A stretch of 64,000 nt of DNA from Lama guanicoe (lineage: Eukaryota): the NCBI GenBank assembly GCA_013239625.1, contig MU053881.1, positions 16,050,373 through 16,114,372 on the forward strand. Reading direction: 5' to 3'. Made by a program: the position numbers and the translations under genes. The first letter of the stretch is position 1. Each line of letters starts with the position of its first letter. The notes below the pieces were generated by a model. That model was not told the DNA's origin. It ran no database searches and saw only the letters and a list, made by a program, of their open reading frames with translations. Below, in pieces: positions 60,405 through 64,000 of this stretch.

Positions 60405-60760
60405 TCTTATCCACACAGCGGACTATTCCTTAGCCAGAAGAAGGAATAAAGCACCAACACACACTACCGCGTGGACGAACTTTGAAAAAACAAGGCTGAG
60501 TGGAAGATACAAAAGGCCATGTCTTGTATGATCCCATGAAATGTCCAGAACCAGCAAATCCAGAGGCAGAAAGCAGATCGGTGGTTGTCAGGGGCTGGGA
60601 GATGGGGCTGTGGGGGGAAGTGACGGCTCATGGGGTTTCCTTTGGGGGTTATGAAAATGTTCTGGCACTACACAGAGGTGAAGGTTGCACAATACTGTGA
60701 ATCTGCTAAAAAATAATGAATTGTTCACTTGAAGTAGGTGAATTACATCTCAATAAAGCC
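60405..60760 (+). mobile_element. L1MB/MC 3' end
   Basis: aaggaataaagcacc...aatgtccagaaccagcaaatcc...gtgaattacatctcaataaagc. Confidence 0.8.
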
Positions 60761-62079
60761 CTTCAACAGAAACCCGAACTCCAGAGGCAGGCGCCTGGTT
60801 CTGGAACCTTCTGTCACTCAGCTGAATGGCTCTGCCTGTGTGTTCCCCATGCTTGCCCTGTGGGAGGGAAGGACATGGTCTAGGCAGGTGTCCCTGCGGG
60901 TAAAGGCCAAGGCAGATGATGCCATGTTCAGGGTGACCTGACCGGGCAGGCCGGCCGGTGCCGACAGAAGGTAGTGGGAACAGACCTAGCTGGGTCTGAT
61001 GGGTGAAGGGGAGATTGGGGAGTCTGGGGTCATGTGAGACTGGGTCTGGGGGTCCCTAAGAGGGTGCTGGTGCTCGGGACTGAGGCTAGCACAGATCCCA
61101 ATCCCAGGCTCCTTTGGGGCCCCCAAAGGTGGGTCAGGGACAGGCAGGGAGCTCTAGGATCCTCTCGGTCCCATGACTCGCTGTCCTGGTCACCCACCTC
61201 CCGTGGGTGTGCCCGGCGGCTTGGGCATCAGGTCTCCCAGTCTTCTCTCTCTGTGTGGGCCAGGCTGCCGTGGCTACACCAAGGCCCCGAAACCCCAGCC
61301 TCTGGCCACTTGGGAAAATGGTGCAGCAAGGCAAGGATCCTCGTTTCATTTCTGCTTTCGAAATTAAAACCCCATGAGTGTTGGTGAATGTCAGTGGCAT
61401 CTGTTACAGTTTAGGAAGGACAAAGAGGACCCCTGCCTTCAGCGCCCCCCACCCTCAGCCCTGATGCTGAGAGAGAGGAGGATGTTCTGGGTGGCTTTGT
61501 GGCCAGCCGGGTGGCCGATGCCAGGGCTGCTGCATCATGGAGTGGCCAGGTTCTCTGAGGAGGCCCGGAAGGCACAGTGGACCTCAGAGAGCAGGGAGGA
61601 GGACCTGCGGCTGCTCCATGCCCTGGTGAGCCCGCCTTCTGCACCTTCAGTATTTCTGAGCTAAGACAACAGTCCTCCACAAAAGACAGGTTTCTGGGGG
61701 CGGTTCAGAAGGCCAGCTGCAGCGCACAGCCCAGCAACATCGTGTGAAACGGTGACAGTAACAGGTAACTTGCAGCAGGCGGGCAGATCAGCTGATTGGA
61801 ACCTGCTTTCCACAGTGCCCCCTTCCTGTTTTCTGGTCAGAATTGCACAGCAAGGCTGCAACCCGCACCGGGGGGGGGGCGCCCAGTGACACCCAAACCT
61901 CAAAACATCTCAACTTCTCCTTTTGAGGAGCTGAGAAAAAGTCCCGATCGGCTTTCTGAGGCCCCAGCAGAGCTGAGAGAGGAAATCTTCCACGAACACA
62001 AAGAAGGAATACTGTGAACTCAGGCCTAGGCTGGGTTCTGGCTGTGGCTGCCTGCAGCGTGTCCCAGGGAACTCAGACC

Positions 62080-62540
62080 GTAGTGGGTTAACTTGTGTCC
62101 CTTAAAAAGATATGTCCAAGTCCTGATTCCCGGAACCTGTGAATGGGACCTTACTTGGAAATAGGGTCTTTATAGATGTAACTAAGGTAAGGATCTTGAG
62201 GTGAGACCACTGCTCTAAATCCAATGATGGTGTCTTGACAAGAGAAAGAAGATCACAGAGACAGAGACAGACAGGGAGAAGGCCATATGGAGACAGAGCC
62301 TGGAGTGAAGCAGGCACAAGCCAAGGAACGCCACACGGCAGCCACCAGAAACCAGGAGAGAGACTGGAGGGGACTCTTCCTCGGAGCCTCCAGAAGGAGC
62401 TGACCCTGCCCACACCTTGATTTCAGACTTCTGGCCTCCAGAACTGCGAGAGAATAAATTACTGTTGCTTTAAGTCCCCTGCTTCCACCCCCTCCCGCTT
62501 ATAGTACTTTGAGATGGCTGCTCCAGGACACTTGCACACC
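62080..62540 (+). mobile_element. MLT1C/D-type solo LTR
   Basis: gtgaatgggaccttacttggaaatagggtcttt...caccttgatttcagacttctggcctccagaactg. Confidence 0.85.
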
Positions 62541-62809
62541 AGAGCGCCTCTCCAAGGCTGTTTCCTCACTCGTCTTTAAAATGAGCAGAGCTGTTGTGAG
62601 TTCTCAGAGGGATGACAGGTGAAAACTTGGGCACTCGAAGCCAGCCACCCAGTGGGCCCAAAGGCACAATAACTAATCATTCCTGTTATTAGAAAGTGAC
62701 TCTCAGGTTAGCTCAGAATGGTTGGAACTTACTTACGGACAATTTCTAAACCATAAGCACCGGAAAGAAATGGTGATTGGGTCTCGTGGGATCGCAAGCT
62801 GTTGACTAA

Positions 62810-63000
62810 GGCAGCTGTTCTCACCCAGGGGAGATTCTGCTCCCGGGGGACACTCGGTTGTGTCTGGGGACATTTTTTGGTTGTCACTATTGGTGGGGAG
62901 GAGATGCTACTGGCATGGGGGTTTCGCAGCACACAGGACAGATCCCCACACAGAGGATGTCCGCCCCAGACGTCAGTGGTGCTCTGGCTGAAGGGCCCAG
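62810..63000 (+). mobile_element. MER20
   Basis: gttctcacccagggggagattctgctccc...gacattttttggttgtcac. Confidence 0.75.
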
Positions 63001-63377
63001 CTCTAAACTAACACAACCTTCTCCCTTTCCAAACGGTGGCCTCAGGAAGCACATTTACGGCCGTGACGTGGATCTGGCTCAAGCCTGGTTTGGAAGCTGG
63101 CATGGGCCCCGCCTGCCGGCAGCTCCCACCCCTAGGGAAACTCGGCCTTGCCGGCTCACACGGCCGAGGCGCGAGGGAGGCAGCCAGGCCAGGTCAGAGG
63201 CATGTGACTCACGGGGTGCAGACACCCGCCGTGGAGGGTGACTAACGGCCCTCGAAGAAAGTGCCAGAATCCCTCCAGGCAACTGCAGGGGAGGAGCGTG
63301 GAGGCCAACAGGATCACTGCTGAGCCCTGGCAGAAATCTTGGGGAAGAAGGCACTGCCAGCTGTCACTTGGTGGGGG

Positions 63378-63810
63378 CTGCTGTGAGCTGACTTGTGTCC
63401 CCCTCCACCGCCCAAAAGGCTCGTCTACATTGTCCTGGCACTGGAGCCCGTGAACGTGGCCTTATTTGGAAACCGGTCATTGTTGACGTAATTAGTTACG
63501 ATGAGGTCACCCTGGATTAGGGCGGGCCCTGAATCTGATGACTAGTGTCTTTATGAGACGAGAAGATGATGTGATAACAGAGGCAGGAATTGGACAGATG
63601 CGGCCATGAGCCCAGGAGTGCCTGGAGCCCCAGGAGCTGGAAGAGGCGGGAAGCATCCTCCCCGAGAGCCCTCAGAGGGAGTGTGGCCCTGCCCCAACCT
63701 GGATCTTGGACTTCAGGCCTCTGGAACCGTGAGAGAGTAAACTCCTGTTGTTTTATGCACCGTCTTCTGTGGGTACTTTCTTCTGGCAGCTCCAGGGACC
63801 TCATGCAGTT
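63378..63810 (+). mobile_element. MLT1C-type solo LTR
   Basis: gtggccttatttggaaac...ggattagggcgggccct...gatcttggacttcaggcctctggaac. Confidence 0.8.
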
Positions 63811-64000
63811 GCCCTGGAGGGTCCTTGGCTAGAAGTGGAAGCCACACGGTGCCGATCCTGCCTCCTCACTGCGACGAGTTGAGACCTTGGGGCTTGGCGC
63901 GCTCACTAAGGATGGCACATCCACCTGCCTACCTGGTTCTTTGAGGGGTGAGCGGCCCACTTGGCGAAACACCCCACTCTGTAAATGCTGGGACCCCCAC

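Larger units (their letters stand above)
1..64000 (-). other. MYO9B: MYO9B gene body (partial: intron 2 to 3' UTR)
   Basis: 40 exons join in one frame with consistent phases. They carry myosin motor motifs ([14 protein letters not shown]), the class IX loop-2 insert, IQ, C1 and RhoGAP domains, and the C-terminus [20 protein letters not shown]. Confidence 0.98.

Noticed and set aside
1..64000. CRISPR array, prokaryotic operon, intronic snoRNA or miRNA
   Set aside because: There is no repeat-spacer array, and the sequence is fully eukaryotic. I saw no convincing C/D or H/ACA box arrangement or hairpin by eye; an Infernal/Rfam scan would be needed to exclude small RNAs.

Overview
This is mammalian genomic DNA, probably camelid. 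That call is inferred from about 11 copies of a tRNA-Ala-derived SINE resembling Vic-1 and from cetartiodactyl-type L1 3' ends. One gene fills the window: MYO9B (myosin IXb, a motorised RhoGAP) on the minus strand. The window runs from inside its long second intron (right end) to its 3' UTR (left end). I traced 40 coding exons by hand with consistent splice phases; 39 of them give 1896 codons plus a stop, and the 40th is a 90-nt cassette exon. They cover the motor domain from switch I onward, the loop-2 insertion, 4 IQ motifs, the tail, the C1 domain, the RhoGAP domain and the Pro-rich C-terminus. The first coding exon (RA domain and P-loop) lies beyond the right edge. Exon numbers follow human numbering as I recall it. 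The introns hold typical eutherian repeats (MER20, MER58, MER33, Tigger2-type MITE, MLT1, L1, MIR); repeat boundaries and subfamily names are approximate. The most notable signals are in splicing architecture: two GC-AG introns with an identical donor, an RBFOX/QKI motif cluster behind a 48-nt cassette exon, tandem donors that switch the C-terminus, an 84-nt intron that human appears to lack, and an in-frame 39-nt duplication. There are also three candidate unannotated exons: a 180-nt in-frame exon in intron 2, a terminal micro-exon in intron 3 and a terminal exon after the RhoGAP exons. I found no prokaryotic-type system or CRISPR array.
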